DNA of 64,000 nucleotides from contig JBBILD010000008.1 of NCBI GenBank assembly GCA_037445065.1, positions 32,001 to 96,000 on the forward strand, given 5' to 3'. This document shows, in pieces, positions 29,458-38,504 of the stretch. The notes under the pieces are model-generated. The model did not search any database. It had not been told where the DNA came from and saw only the letters and a program-made list of their open reading frames with translations. The number at the start of each line of letters is the position of its first letter. The stretch's first letter is position 1. The position numbers were made by a program, and so were the translations under genes. The DNA is from Myxococcales bacterium (GTDB lineage Bacteria > Desulfobacterota > Binatia > HRBIN30).

Positions 29458-29515
29458 GACCCACCTCCGTCTCATGCGCCGAGCGATCGCTTCTTGTCGT
29501 GCACGTTCGTCATGT

Positions 29516-29556
29516 AAACAAAATTTGTTTGTTCCACGATGGACCGATGTTGTCAA
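29516..29556 (-). promoter_or_regulatory. Putative -35 (TTGACA) plus palindromic operator AAACAAA-A-TTTGTTT upstream of the large lipoprotein gene
   Basis: tgtcaa at 29551-56 (TTGACA on -); perfect 7-bp inverted repeat at 29516-29530 in an AT-rich patch. The -10 is poor. Confidence 0.4.
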
Positions 29557-29752
29557 GCCAGAACGAAACGAGTCGAACGATTCGCGCGCCTGCCGAGATG
29601 AGGCAGCGAGCGCGGAGGAATTGCTGGCGGCTCTCGAGAGGAAGACGCATCCGTTGTCGCGACTCATGTGCGCGTGGCGGGCACAAGGCTTGCGCCGTCA
29701 AAGAAAACAGGGCACTCTCCTTTGCCGCTGGTGCCGATCTAGAAGGTTCGAG

Positions 29753-30511
29753 GTGGCTTCACGATTCGGGACAAAGGGCCAACGAGCAAGCTCGGGCGAC
29801 GCTCCACGAAGCGGCGGGTTCGATGAGCTAGTGCCACTGGGCCAGGACTTGTGGGCATACGATCGCGAAATCGTGTTGGCGCGCTGGCTACCGTTTCCGG
29901 CCCGCATGATCGTGCTGCGCGGCGTGACAGGTGCTTTGGCATTGCTTTCGCCGTTGCCCCTGAACAGCACCGTGCGAAGTGCGCTCGACCGAATCGGAGT
30001 GGTGCAAGCCCTGATTGCTCCAAGCTTAGTTCATTACCTGTTTCTCGCTGAAGCGGCGCGTGTGTACCCAGCGGCCCAGGTTCTGGGCCCTGCAGGCCTA
30101 GAACGCAAGCAGCCGGGACTGAAGTTTGAACCCTTGCCGGAGCGAGGCCGGCCGTTGCCCGACCTGCCGGACCTCGAAGTTTTGCACGTACGAGGAGCTC
30201 CGTATGTGGAGGAACATGTCTTTTTTCATTGGCCGACACGTACCTTGCTGCTCGCGGATCTTCTTTTCCATGTGCGGCAGGCGCGCCGCTGGAGAACGCG
30301 GGCTTTTTTCGCTGTGATGGGAGCCTATGGTGGTGCGCGGCAGAGCCGAATCTGGCGCTGGTTTGTCCGCGACCGAGCGAGTTTTGGCCGCTCGCTGCGG
30401 TCCATTCTCGACTGGCCGGTCGAGCGGGTGGTGGTCGCACACGGCGAGCGACTCGAGGGTAACGCGCGCCAGCAGTTAGAAGTCGCATGGCGCGCGTTTC
30501 TCAGGCAGTAA
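29753..30511 (+). CDS. DUF4336-like (metallo-beta-lactamase-like fold) protein
   Basis: RMIVLR...LALLSP, LIAPSLVHYLF, EHVFFHWPTRTLLLADL, ILDWPVERVVVAHG. The upstream part of the 29003 ORF is antisense shadow. Confidence 0.8.
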   Translation: MASRFGTKGQRASSGDAPRSGGFDELVPLGQDLWAYDREIVLARWLPFPARMIVLRGVTGALALLSPLPLNSTVRSALDRIGVVQALIAPSLVHYLFLAEAARVYPAAQVLGPAGLERKQPGLKFEPLPERGRPLPDLPDLEVLHVRGAPYVEEHVFFHWPTRTLLLADLLFHVRQARRWRTRAFFAVMGAYGGARQSRIWRWFVRDRASFGRSLRSILDWPVERVVVAHGERLEGNARQQLEVAWRAFLRQ

Positions 30512-30514
30512 AAA

Positions 30515-31867
30515 GTGCGGTGCTTGCGGCGTGTGACGCGATGGGGCTTCTGCGCAGCACCGCGGGCTGCGGGCAAGGCTCTCCCTGCGCGGGCTGCATG
30601 GTTGATCGTTGCGGGGCTGCTGTTCGTGCCTTTGTTAGCGGGCGGTTGCGCGCGGGGTGCCGCTGGCGGTGAGGAGTTACGAATCTGGGCCATGGGGAAG
30701 GAAGCCGAGCACTTGGCTTCGTTGCTGGCGGAGTTCCAGCGGCATCACCCGACAATACCGGTACGGTTGCAGCGTATTCCGTGGAGTGCAGCGCACGAGA
30801 AATTACTCACCGCCTTTGTTGCGGGAACCCTTCCAGATGTCATCCAACTGGGAAACACTTGGATTGCGGAGTTCGTCGCAGTGGGCGCCGTGGAACCACT
30901 GGACCGGTGGCTCGAGGGAACGGATCTAGAGCGTGACTGGTTCCCAGGTATCGCGGAGACCAACCGGGTTGATGGCCGCACCTGGGCGGCCCCTTGGTAT
31001 GTAGACACACGCGTATTGTTTTACCGGCGCGACCTGCTGGCTTTAGTCGGCGCGTCTGTGGCGCCCCGCAGTTGGGAGGAATGGCGGCAGGTGATGTTCC
31101 AAATCAAGGAACACGCTCCTGGGGGATACGCCCTTTGGGCACCACTCCATGAATGGCAACTATTGGTAGCACTTGCTTTTCAACAAGGAGCTTCTCTGCT
31201 TGTGGAGGAAGAGACGCGCGCGAACTTTCAGAGCCCAGAGTTCCGGCGTGCCTTTGACTTTTATGTGTCTTGGTTTCGCGACGGACTGGCGCCGTTTGCT
31301 GGTGAGGCCCAAGTCGCCAACATTTATCAGGACTTCGCAGCAGGGCTGTTTACCTTTTACGTGACCGGACCCTGGAACCTGGCGGAATTTCGCCGGCGTC
31401 TGCCCGTTGAGTTGGACGCTGCCTGGGAGACCGCCCCTCTTCCTGCGCCTCGACCCGGAGAGGTGGGTCTTTCGGTCGCCGGAGGTGCGAGCCTGGGGAT
31501 CGTTCGCTCTTCTGCACGAAAAACGGAAGCGTGGATGCTCATAGAGTTCCTGCTGCGAACCGAACAACAGGTTCGTTGGTATGAGATCAGTGGCGACTTG
31601 CCGGCCAGGCGCTCTGCTTGGCAGGATCCTCGCTTGTGGCGCGACCGTCGGATCGGTGCGTTCCGGGCTCAGCTCGATCACGTGCGCGCTGCCCCTAAAG
31701 TCCCCGAATGGGAGCGCATTGCTGCCCTGCTCATGGCGCACACAGAGCTGGTAGTACGATCGCAGCGTACGGCGGAAGAGGCCCTGCGCGAACTGGACAA
31801 AAGGGTAGACTCGGTGTTGGCGAAACGGCGCTGGCTCCGGCAGCGTGCGCGAGACGAGGCCAAGTGA
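30515..31867 (+). CDS. Carbohydrate ABC transporter substrate-binding lipoprotein
   Basis: Lipobox LAGGC, IPWSAAHEKLLTAF...PDVIQLGNTW, PWYVDTRVLFYR, TGPW, AGGASL. True start may be slightly downstream. Confidence 0.9.
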   Translation: MRCLRRVTRWGFCAAPRAAGKALPARAAWLIVAGLLFVPLLAGGCARGAAGGEELRIWAMGKEAEHLASLLAEFQRHHPTIPVRLQRIPWSAAHEKLLTAFVAGTLPDVIQLGNTWIAEFVAVGAVEPLDRWLEGTDLERDWFPGIAETNRVDGRTWAAPWYVDTRVLFYRRDLLALVGASVAPRSWEEWRQVMFQIKEHAPGGYALWAPLHEWQLLVALAFQQGASLLVEEETRANFQSPEFRRAFDFYVSWFRDGLAPFAGEAQVANIYQDFAAGLFTFYVTGPWNLAEFRRRLPVELDAAWETAPLPAPRPGEVGLSVAGGASLGIVRSSARKTEAWMLIEFLLRTEQQVRWYEISGDLPARRSAWQDPRLWRDRRIGAFRAQLDHVRAAPKVPEWERIAALLMAHTELVVRSQRTAEEALRELDKRVDSVLAKRRWLRQRARDEAK

Positions 31868-32760
31868 AAAATCGAACCGTCGCGATAGCGGGCGTGTTGT
31901 TGGTTGCCCCAGCGCTGGGGGCGATCGTCGCGTTTTTCGTGCTGCCGGTGGCCAGCGGGTTGTTGCTGAGTTTCACAGATTTCGATGTTTACGGGCTTGC
32001 CGGTTGGGATTATGTGCGCTGCGTCGGCCTCGGCAACTACGGATCGTTGCTCGCGGATCCACTTTTTTGGCGGGCATTGGTGAACACTCTGTACTTCGTG
32101 CTTGCAGGGGGAGCTTTGTCGCTGTTCGTCTCCCTCGCCGCCGCCCTGTTGCTCACCGCTGGAGATGTGTGCGGCCGAGCTGTGTGGCGCACGATGTTTT
32201 TCGTGCCCGTGGTAACGACCGTGGTTGCGGCAGCGGTGGTGTGGCGCGCGTGGTATCACCCGCGGGTTGGTGTGTTGGCTGCTTTGCTAAGCGCTGTAGG
32301 ATTCGAGCCCGTGGATTGGTTGGGGGATCCGCGTTGGGCTATGCCGGCCATCATTCTTTTCGCGGTGTGGAAAAATTTCGGCTTCAACATGGTGATCCTG
32401 GTGGCGGCCCTCCAGAGCATCCCCAGTGCGCTCTATGAGGCTGCCAGTGTTGACGGAGCGGGGCGCTGGCAGCAGTTTCGCGCCGTCACTTTGCCCATGC
32501 TGCGACCCGCCCTCTCGTTTGTGGTTCTGATGACCACGATCGGTTCCTTTCAGTTGTTCGCGGAGCCGTACGTGATGACCCAGGGCGGGCCGGCGAACGC
32601 GACCCTGAGCCTTGTGCTGCTGATGTACCGGAACGGGTTTCAGTGGTGGAACGTGGGTTACGGGGCGGCGGTGGCTTGGGTTCTGTTCGCTCTCTTGCTG
32701 TGCGTGACGGTGGTGCTGACGCGCTGGCGTGCCCTGGGCTGGCGAGGCGGAGGTTCTTGA
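31864..32760 (+). CDS. Carbohydrate ABC transporter permease (MalF-like)
   Basis: SFTDFD, VGLGNY, FWRALVNT, EAA loop LYEAASVDGAGRWQQF. Confidence 0.92.
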   Translation: MKNRTVAIAGVLLVAPALGAIVAFFVLPVASGLLLSFTDFDVYGLAGWDYVRCVGLGNYGSLLADPLFWRALVNTLYFVLAGGALSLFVSLAAALLLTAGDVCGRAVWRTMFFVPVVTTVVAAAVVWRAWYHPRVGVLAALLSAVGFEPVDWLGDPRWAMPAIILFAVWKNFGFNMVILVAALQSIPSALYEAASVDGAGRWQQFRAVTLPMLRPALSFVVLMTTIGSFQLFAEPYVMTQGGPANATLSLVLLMYRNGFQWWNVGYGAAVAWVLFALLLCVTVVLTRWRALGWRGGGS

Positions 32761-33611
32761 TGCAACGGTCTGCGTCTTGGCGGGTACGCTGCGGGCGGAG
32801 CCTGCGCTGGTTGCTGCTCCATGGGTGCTTGGCGTGCTTTGCAGCGGCCACCCTACTGCCCCTGTTTTGGATGGTGGCCGCCTCCCTCATGCCATCAGGG
32901 GAAGCGAGCCGCCTTCCTGTCCGCTGGTGGCCCAGCAGGGTCACGTGGGACCACTACGTCCAGTTGTTTGCCACGTTGCAGCTGGGGCGTAGCTTTTTCA
33001 ACAGTCTGTTCGTTTCCACCGCTGCAACGGTGATTTCCACGACCCTCAACGCCATGGCAGGATACGCGCTGGCAAAACTGCCGTTTGCGGGGCGCGACCG
33101 GATATTCCGTGGCCTTCTCGCGTTGTTGGTGATTCCAGGCCAGGTTGGAATGCTGCCTTTGTTCTTACTTCTCAAAGAGCTGCAGTGGATCAACACGTAC
33201 TGGGGCGTGCTGGTACCAAGTTTGGCGAGTGTTTTTGGCATCTTCTTGGTGCGGCAGTATGTGCTGGGTATCCCCGATGCGCTGCTTGACGCGGCGCGTG
33301 CCGATGGAGCGGGCGAGTTCCGAGTGTTTTGGTCGGTTGGCCTGCCATTGTGCCGGCCGATTCTTACGACTCTGGCCGTGTTTACATTTTTGGGTACCTG
33401 GAACGATTTCTTGTGGCCCTTGATTGTGCTTACGGATGACTCGATGCACACGTTGCCGGTGGCGCTCGCCAGTTTGGCAGGCGAGCACGTGCAGGATACC
33501 GAACTCATGATGGCCGGCGCAGTTCTAACGATGCTGCCGGCGATTCTGCTGTTTTTGGCGCTACAGCGGGCATATTTGAGCGGTCTGCTCGGCGGCGCGC
33601 TGAAGTTCTAG
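32760..33611 (+). CDS. Carbohydrate ABC transporter permease (MalG-like)
   Basis: NSLFVS, AGYALAK, LLDAARADGA, WNDFLWPL. Confidence 0.92.
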   Translation: MQRSASWRVRCGRSLRWLLLHGCLACFAAATLLPLFWMVAASLMPSGEASRLPVRWWPSRVTWDHYVQLFATLQLGRSFFNSLFVSTAATVISTTLNAMAGYALAKLPFAGRDRIFRGLLALLVIPGQVGMLPLFLLLKELQWINTYWGVLVPSLASVFGIFLVRQYVLGIPDALLDAARADGAGEFRVFWSVGLPLCRPILTTLAVFTFLGTWNDFLWPLIVLTDDSMHTLPVALASLAGEHVQDTELMMAGAVLTMLPAILLFLALQRAYLSGLLGGALKF

Positions 33612-33642
33612 CGCACCTGAAAACGAAGCGAAGCGGGACCAA

Positions 33643-34119
33643 ATGCACAGCCAGCAAAGCGCCGATCGGGTGAAAGACGTCGTGGTGAATCGCCGGGCGC
33701 GGCATGATTACCATATCGAGGAAACGATCGAGGCGGGGTTGGCCCTGGTGGGAAGTGAAGTCAAGTCGTTGCGCGCGGGTAAAGGCCAACTGAAAGATTC
33801 CTACGCGCGTATCAAGGACGGTGAAGTTTGGCTCGTCCAAGCGCACATCAGCGAGTACACACCGGCGGCGCGTTTTGGGCACGATCCGACTCGCCCGCGC
33901 AAGTTGCTGTTGCACAAGCGCGAGATCGTGCGCTTGGCGAGCAAAGTAAAACAAAAGGGCTTCACTCTGGTTCCTCTCCGGATTTACTTTAAGCGCAGGC
34001 GAGCGAAGGTCGAACTCGGCTTGGCGCGTGGCAAGAAACTGTATGACAAGCGGGCCACGATCCGTGCGCGGGAGGCGCAACGCGAAATCGAGCGAGCGCA
34101 GCGCGGGCGGAGGGGGTGA
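33643..34119 (+). CDS. smpB: SsrA-binding protein
   Basis: NRRARHDY, EAGLALVGSEVKSLR, RKLLLHKREI, RGKKLYDKR. Confidence 0.97.
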   Translation: MHSQQSADRVKDVVVNRRARHDYHIEETIEAGLALVGSEVKSLRAGKGQLKDSYARIKDGEVWLVQAHISEYTPAARFGHDPTRPRKLLLHKREIVRLASKVKQKGFTLVPLRIYFKRRRAKVELGLARGKKLYDKRATIRAREAQREIERAQRGRRG

Positions 34120-34128
34120 GGGTCTGTT

Positions 34129-35190
34129 TCAGGATCGGCCAGGTTGCCGGTCTGTCGGCTGGCTTCTGCGGGGTCGAAGAGCGCGCGCTCGCAGCTTCAG
34201 TTCTTCTCGTGCCAACAGCGCCGCGATGTAGTTGTCGAGATCAAAATAATCCCGGTACTCGGGCAGATCTTTGAACGAACGATCGATGAGCATGTGGTAT
34301 CCGTCGGTATCGACTTCCAAAACCAGCGGCCCGGTTGCGTCTGTGCGGATAATATCCACGGCTGCCACCGCCGCACCGAGTACGCGCGCCGCTCGGAGAG
34401 CCGTTTTCTCGGTCTGTTCGCTCACGGATAAGAGAAAGCGATAGTAGGCTCCGCGACTCACGTTTACGATCCAATCCCCAGGGCGCCTGTAGACGCTACG
34501 TACTCGTTCAGTCCAAAATCGTAGCTCATTGTCCACTATGTAGGCACGCAGCACCTGCCCAGGGCGAAATTCCCCTTGTGCATGCGTGCCGATCATCTTC
34601 TGTACGTAGTACGGAGGAGGTAGGAAGAGCCGGTCCTGGGCAATGCGTTCCGGCCCACCGCTGAAGTCCAAACGATAAGCGTTGTACCCGTTGTCCGCCA
34701 TCAGGCCAGCCCCGTCTTGCCAAATTACCCAGTGCCCGCTGCCGCCGCACCCGAAGCGTTGTTTCAGGATGGCAAAGCCGTGCCTGTGGACAAAATCCCG
34801 TACCTCGCGACCATCGTGCGTCACCAGAGTTTCTGGCACCGGGACACCGCGATTAACCAAACGTTGTTGCGTGTCGAGTTTGTCCCAGCACAAATCTTGA
34901 ACGGTAAGCGGAATCAACGGGCGCCCGTTGGGGAAAACCTTAGCGAGTTTTTGCGCCGCCTCTGCCGCCGAAGCTGCGTCGAAAGGAAGTAGGTATAGGC
35001 GTTCTACGTACGGGTAAGAACGGTTGGAGGAAAGAGCCTCTTCGAGACACACTCCCTCTCCTGATGCGCGCTGGGACAAGCGCACGGCCGCGCATAGATC
35101 CTCCACGGCTTTGGCCACGAACGGCCAGTACGGTCTCCCATACACAACAGCGATCATCAGCGGAGTCGGGGGCATGGAGCGTCGAGGCAA
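34129..35190 (-). CDS. RimK-like ATP-grasp protein
   Basis: CWDK...GVPVPET, ILKQRFGCGGSG, YYVQKMI, LRAYIV, WIVNVSRGA, AAVDII...VLEVD. Start may be about 35157-35175. Confidence 0.75.
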   Translation of the reverse strand: MPRRSMPPTPLMIAVVYGRPYWPFVAKAVEDLCAAVRLSQRASGEGVCLEEALSSNRSYPYVERLYLLPFDAASAAEAAQKLAKVFPNGRPLIPLTVQDLCWDKLDTQQRLVNRGVPVPETLVTHDGREVRDFVHRHGFAILKQRFGCGGSGHWVIWQDGAGLMADNGYNAYRLDFSGGPERIAQDRLFLPPPYYVQKMIGTHAQGEFRPGQVLRAYIVDNELRFWTERVRSVYRRPGDWIVNVSRGAYYRFLLSVSEQTEKTALRAARVLGAAVAAVDIIRTDATGPLVLEVDTDGYHMLIDRSFKDLPEYRDYFDLDNYIAALLAREELKLRARALRPRRSQPTDRQPGRS

Positions 35191-35215
35191 CGGTTCGGTA
35201 CCAAAAAGGGTTAGC

Positions 35216-36118
35216 TCACGAAAAGAACTTTTCTGCGTCGCCTAGCTGGACGAGCAGGTCGTGCACCTGCCTGTCACGGTACACGCGCAAGCGCACGTGT
35301 TCGCCAGGTGATCGGGCCCAGAGTTCATCGTACAGCTCGTCTCGCTCATGAACGACTCGGTCTTCGATGGCAAGTAGGACGTCTCCGGCCCGCAGACCTG
35401 CGAGTTCCGCGGGACTTTCCGGCACGACTCCAGCCACCACCAAATGGTTTCGCAGCGCGTAACAAAACAGGCCGAGCCACCCACGCGGCTTGCGTCCGAG
35501 CGCTTCGCGGTTGTGGAGGAACTGTTCGCGCTTCTCGGCAAGCTCGTCGACCGGAGCGATCAACGAGAGACGGCCGATTTCGCCAACGTCCAGTAGAACG
35601 ACACCGCGCACTTGACCGTAGCGGTCGAGCAGGGCACCACCGCCAAAGCCAGGATTCGGGGCTGTGGTAAAGATGGCTCGTTGTAAACGGTATTCCCAAA
35701 ACGCTGTGAACGGTTCGATCGCGGATACCACGCCGTCGTGCACTCGCCGCCCGTTGTCTGTCACGGCAGCAACCAGGAAAATATCCTCTCCCTTCTGCAA
35801 TCCAGCAGAGGACGAAAGCGGCAAGGCCGGAACGGACGCCTCGTGGTCGATGCTCACCACAGCAAGCCCGGTCAGGAAATCTTGTACCACCTTACGGCCG
35901 CTCCATTGCTGGCCGTCAGCCGTACGCACCGTGATCGAGGACCCGCCGACAACGACGTAGTTCGCAGTCAGAATCAACCCGCTAGCATCGAAAAAGACTC
36001 CGCTACCGTGGCGAGTGGTCCCCAACAGTGCCGCCGAAGGGTGTCGGGCAGGAACTTCCACTTCGAGTTCGACGCTTGCTGGGATTACGGTTTCGAGCAA
36101 TTGAACTGCTGCGTTCAT
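35216..36118 (-). CDS. Trypsin-like (S1C/HtrA-like) domain plus PDZ protein with degenerate catalytic triad
   Basis: GSGVFFD..GLILT, NPGFGGGALLD..G.V.GV, PDZ WLGL...SPAELAGLRAGDVLLAI. Confidence 0.85.
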   Translation of the reverse strand: MNAAVQLLETVIPASVELEVEVPARHPSAALLGTTRHGSGVFFDASGLILTANYVVVGGSSITVRTADGQQWSGRKVVQDFLTGLAVVSIDHEASVPALPLSSSAGLQKGEDIFLVAAVTDNGRRVHDGVVSAIEPFTAFWEYRLQRAIFTTAPNPGFGGGALLDRYGQVRGVVLLDVGEIGRLSLIAPVDELAEKREQFLHNREALGRKPRGWLGLFCYALRNHLVVAGVVPESPAELAGLRAGDVLLAIEDRVVHERDELYDELWARSPGEHVRLRVYRDRQVHDLLVQLGDAEKFFS

Positions 36119-36258
36119 TCGAGACCGTTCCTTCGCTGAGATTGCGGACCACGTTGCGCCCTCGGGGTCCTCTGGTTAGCTCGACGCAAAGCAGGAATCG
36201 GATGGGCAAGCAAGAAGCGATGTTGTGCTCGGCTTGGGACACCGCGCAGGGGGAGACG

Positions 36259-37527
36259 ATGTCTCCTTACTCCGCCATCCTGGATGGTCAAGGGCCGGCC
36301 TCTTGGGGCTGTGGGCGAACGCTGCTTGCCCGGAAACCTTCCGCGCTCCTGTGGGTTGGTAGCAGCGGGGAGGTTTTGTGGCTCGAGGGCAAGCATCAAC
36401 GTAACGTTTCGGGAGCGCTTTTCGAGCTACTGGAGCACTTTTGTGAAGAGCACCTGGGGGAAGAAGCGGACGGGCGCCATGTGGTTGCGGCGATCTCTTA
36501 CGAGGCTGGTCGAGCTGGGAACCTGCTTCCGCCTGCAACAAGCAATCGCTGGCCGCTTCTGCTGGCGGCAGCGTATCAGCCACCGGAGGTGATCGAGGCA
36601 GTATCGTGCAAGGTGGAACCTCGCGGGCTGGTCTGTGCCGATCCGGGAATGCAAGGGCCTGGCCCGCGGTTGCATGGCTTGGCGGCGGAACTCAAGCCAA
36701 CGTGGGATGCGGAGCGACACTGTAATGCAGTGCGTCGAGCGTTGGAATATATTGCTGCGGGTGACGTGTATCAGGTGAATTTGGCGTACCCATGGCGATG
36801 CGCGGAGAGGGTCCCTCCGCTCGCTCTTTTTGAAACCCTGCAGCGGGGAAATCCGGTCCCTTACGGTGCGTACTTCCGTTGCGGGCCATTCGAGCTGGTG
36901 GTCAACTCACCCGAGTGCCTGCTGCGGCGCCGCGGGCGGTGGGTGGAGACCTGGCCAATCAAAGGGACCCGGCCGCGCGGAGCGAGCATCCACGAGGACG
37001 AAGCTTTGCGTGAAGAACTGCTTGCCGACCCCAAAGAACAGGCCGAACTCGTCATGATCGTCGACTTAGAGCGGAACGACTTGGGACGTGTGTGCGATAC
37101 GGGCTCTGTGCAAGTGATCGAGCACGCCAAGGTGTGCAGCTTCGAGCGCTGGCACCACCTCCAGTCGGTAGTGCGGGGCCGTTTGCGAGCAGACGTCAGT
37201 TGGAGTGCCGTCCTTGCTGCGCTTCTGCCAGGGGGCTCGGTCACGGGTGCGCCGAAACGACGAGCGATGCAAATTATTGACGAACTCGAAGGCGAACCGC
37301 GCGGATTTTATACCGGCGCTCTGGGGTGGTTCCGATCTCGGTGTGACGCGGACTTCGCGTTGACCATTCGCACCGCGATCGTGGGTTCGGCAGGGCTCGA
37401 GTACTGGACCGGAGGAGGGATCGTGGCCGACTCGGTCCCGGAAAGAGAGTACGCAGAGACTTGGCTCAAGGCACTCCCACTGCGGAACGTACTCGAGGCT
37501 TGGAGAGGAGAGGAGGCCCGATGGTAG
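36259..37527 (+). CDS. Aminodeoxychorismate synthase component I / chorismate-binding enzyme
   Basis: GDVYQVNL, SPECL, PIKGTRPR (PabB-type), AELVMIVDLERNDLGRV, PGGSVTGAPK, GGGIVADS. N-terminal domain short and diverged. Confidence 0.85.
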   Translation: MSPYSAILDGQGPASWGCGRTLLARKPSALLWVGSSGEVLWLEGKHQRNVSGALFELLEHFCEEHLGEEADGRHVVAAISYEAGRAGNLLPPATSNRWPLLLAAAYQPPEVIEAVSCKVEPRGLVCADPGMQGPGPRLHGLAAELKPTWDAERHCNAVRRALEYIAAGDVYQVNLAYPWRCAERVPPLALFETLQRGNPVPYGAYFRCGPFELVVNSPECLLRRRGRWVETWPIKGTRPRGASIHEDEALREELLADPKEQAELVMIVDLERNDLGRVCDTGSVQVIEHAKVCSFERWHHLQSVVRGRLRADVSWSAVLAALLPGGSVTGAPKRRAMQIIDELEGEPRGFYTGALGWFRSRCDADFALTIRTAIVGSAGLEYWTGGGIVADSVPEREYAETWLKALPLRNVLEAWRGEEARW

Positions 37528-38399
37528 GCGCTCAGACGACAGTCTTTCCCCGCTACGTGTGGTTCCAGGGGCGTGTCGTGAAGAGCACCCAGGCGCGCGT
37601 CAGCGTCTTTGACCGAGGGCTACTTTATGGGGACGGCCTGTTCGAGACCTTGCGATCTTACGATGGGCGCATCTTTGCTCTCCGCGAGCATTTGGTCAGA
37701 ATGAGGCGATCTGCTCGCGCATTGGGATACCGGGTACCGCTCCTGGATTGGGAGGCAGGGCTTACGAAGTTACTGGCGGCGAACCGGCTTGCCGACGCGT
37801 CAATAAGGATCACGTTGACCCGTGGCGCTGCCCCGCCAGGACTCCTTCCCCCTGCCCGTTGTGATCCTTCGGTCTTTGCTTTCGCTCTGCCTTTGCCCTC
37901 TTCTCTGGTTAGGAACCAGCAGCGAGGGATCTCCGTGATTTCTGTCCCTTTTTCCCGCTTGCCCGCTTTTGCCGCGTTCAAATTGCTGGATTACGTGCCT
38001 GCCCTTATGGCCCGGAGGGAAGCGGCAAAGCGGAAAGCGCAAGAGGCGCTCTACACGTCGCAAGGTTATGTTCAGGAGGCCACCACCGCGAACGTGTTTT
38101 GGGTAACGAATCGGGTACTGAAAACGCCGCCGCTAAACGGGCCCTTACCCGGGGTCACGCGAGAGCTAGTCTTGCGCCTGGCACGCGGATTGGGGATGGC
38201 GGTAGCAGAAAGTCGCTTGGCAGTGGAAGAGCTGGCCGAGGTGGACGAGCTATTCCTGACCTCCTCTGTGGTAGAAGTGCTGCCAGTGGTCCGCGTTGAC
38301 GGCCGCAGGGTGGGCGAAGGCGTTCCGGGACCGTTCACCCGCGCTTTGCAACGAGCCTACCGCCAATTCGTTGATCAGACACTTCAAATCCGCCGGTAG
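37521..38399 (+). CDS. Class IV aminotransferase / aminodeoxychorismate lyase-like
   Basis: DRGLLYGDGLFETLR, RITLTRG, KLLDY, EATTANVF, LPGVTR, FLTSS. Confidence 0.88.
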   Translation: MVGAQTTVFPRYVWFQGRVVKSTQARVSVFDRGLLYGDGLFETLRSYDGRIFALREHLVRMRRSARALGYRVPLLDWEAGLTKLLAANRLADASIRITLTRGAAPPGLLPPARCDPSVFAFALPLPSSLVRNQQRGISVISVPFSRLPAFAAFKLLDYVPALMARREAAKRKAQEALYTSQGYVQEATTANVFWVTNRVLKTPPLNGPLPGVTRELVLRLARGLGMAVAESRLAVEELAEVDELFLTSSVVEVLPVVRVDGRRVGEGVPGPFTRALQRAYRQFVDQTLQIRR

Positions 38400-38459
38400 G
38401 AAGCGGCACGGTTTTTTCGTTGGTTCCCGGCAAGCTGCTTGGGCTGAACGGACTCAATC

Positions 38460-38475
38460 TGGCAAGGGCCTTGCT
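38460..38475 (+). promoter_or_regulatory. Putative sigma54 promoter
   Basis: TGGCAAGGGCCTTGCT is a near-consensus -24/-12 element, 30 nt before the GGAGG-preceded ATG at 38505. Confidence 0.6.
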
Positions 38476-38504
38476 TCGAATCGCGAGATGTCTGGAGGTC
38501 AGCC

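Noticed and set aside
29003..29752. N-terminal half of the 502-aa ORF
   Set aside because: Overlaps the lipoprotein gene antisense and its promoter region; only the DUF4336-like part is credible.
34100..34140. tmRNA next to smpB
   Set aside because: Only 9 nt separate smpB from the convergent gene; no room and no tRNA-like ends.
34129..36118. ATP-grasp plus protease as a graspetide RiPP cluster
   Set aside because: No precursor peptide with repeated Thr/Ser/Lys and Asp/Glu cores nearby, no transporter, and the protease appears inactive.
38390..38418. GGTAGGAAGCGGC as an SRP RNA core, or an intrinsic terminator
   Set aside because: Lacks the CAGG-x-CCGGAAGG-x-AGCAG helix-8 pattern and overlaps a CDS end; as a terminator the stem is only about 4 bp, so it was not called.
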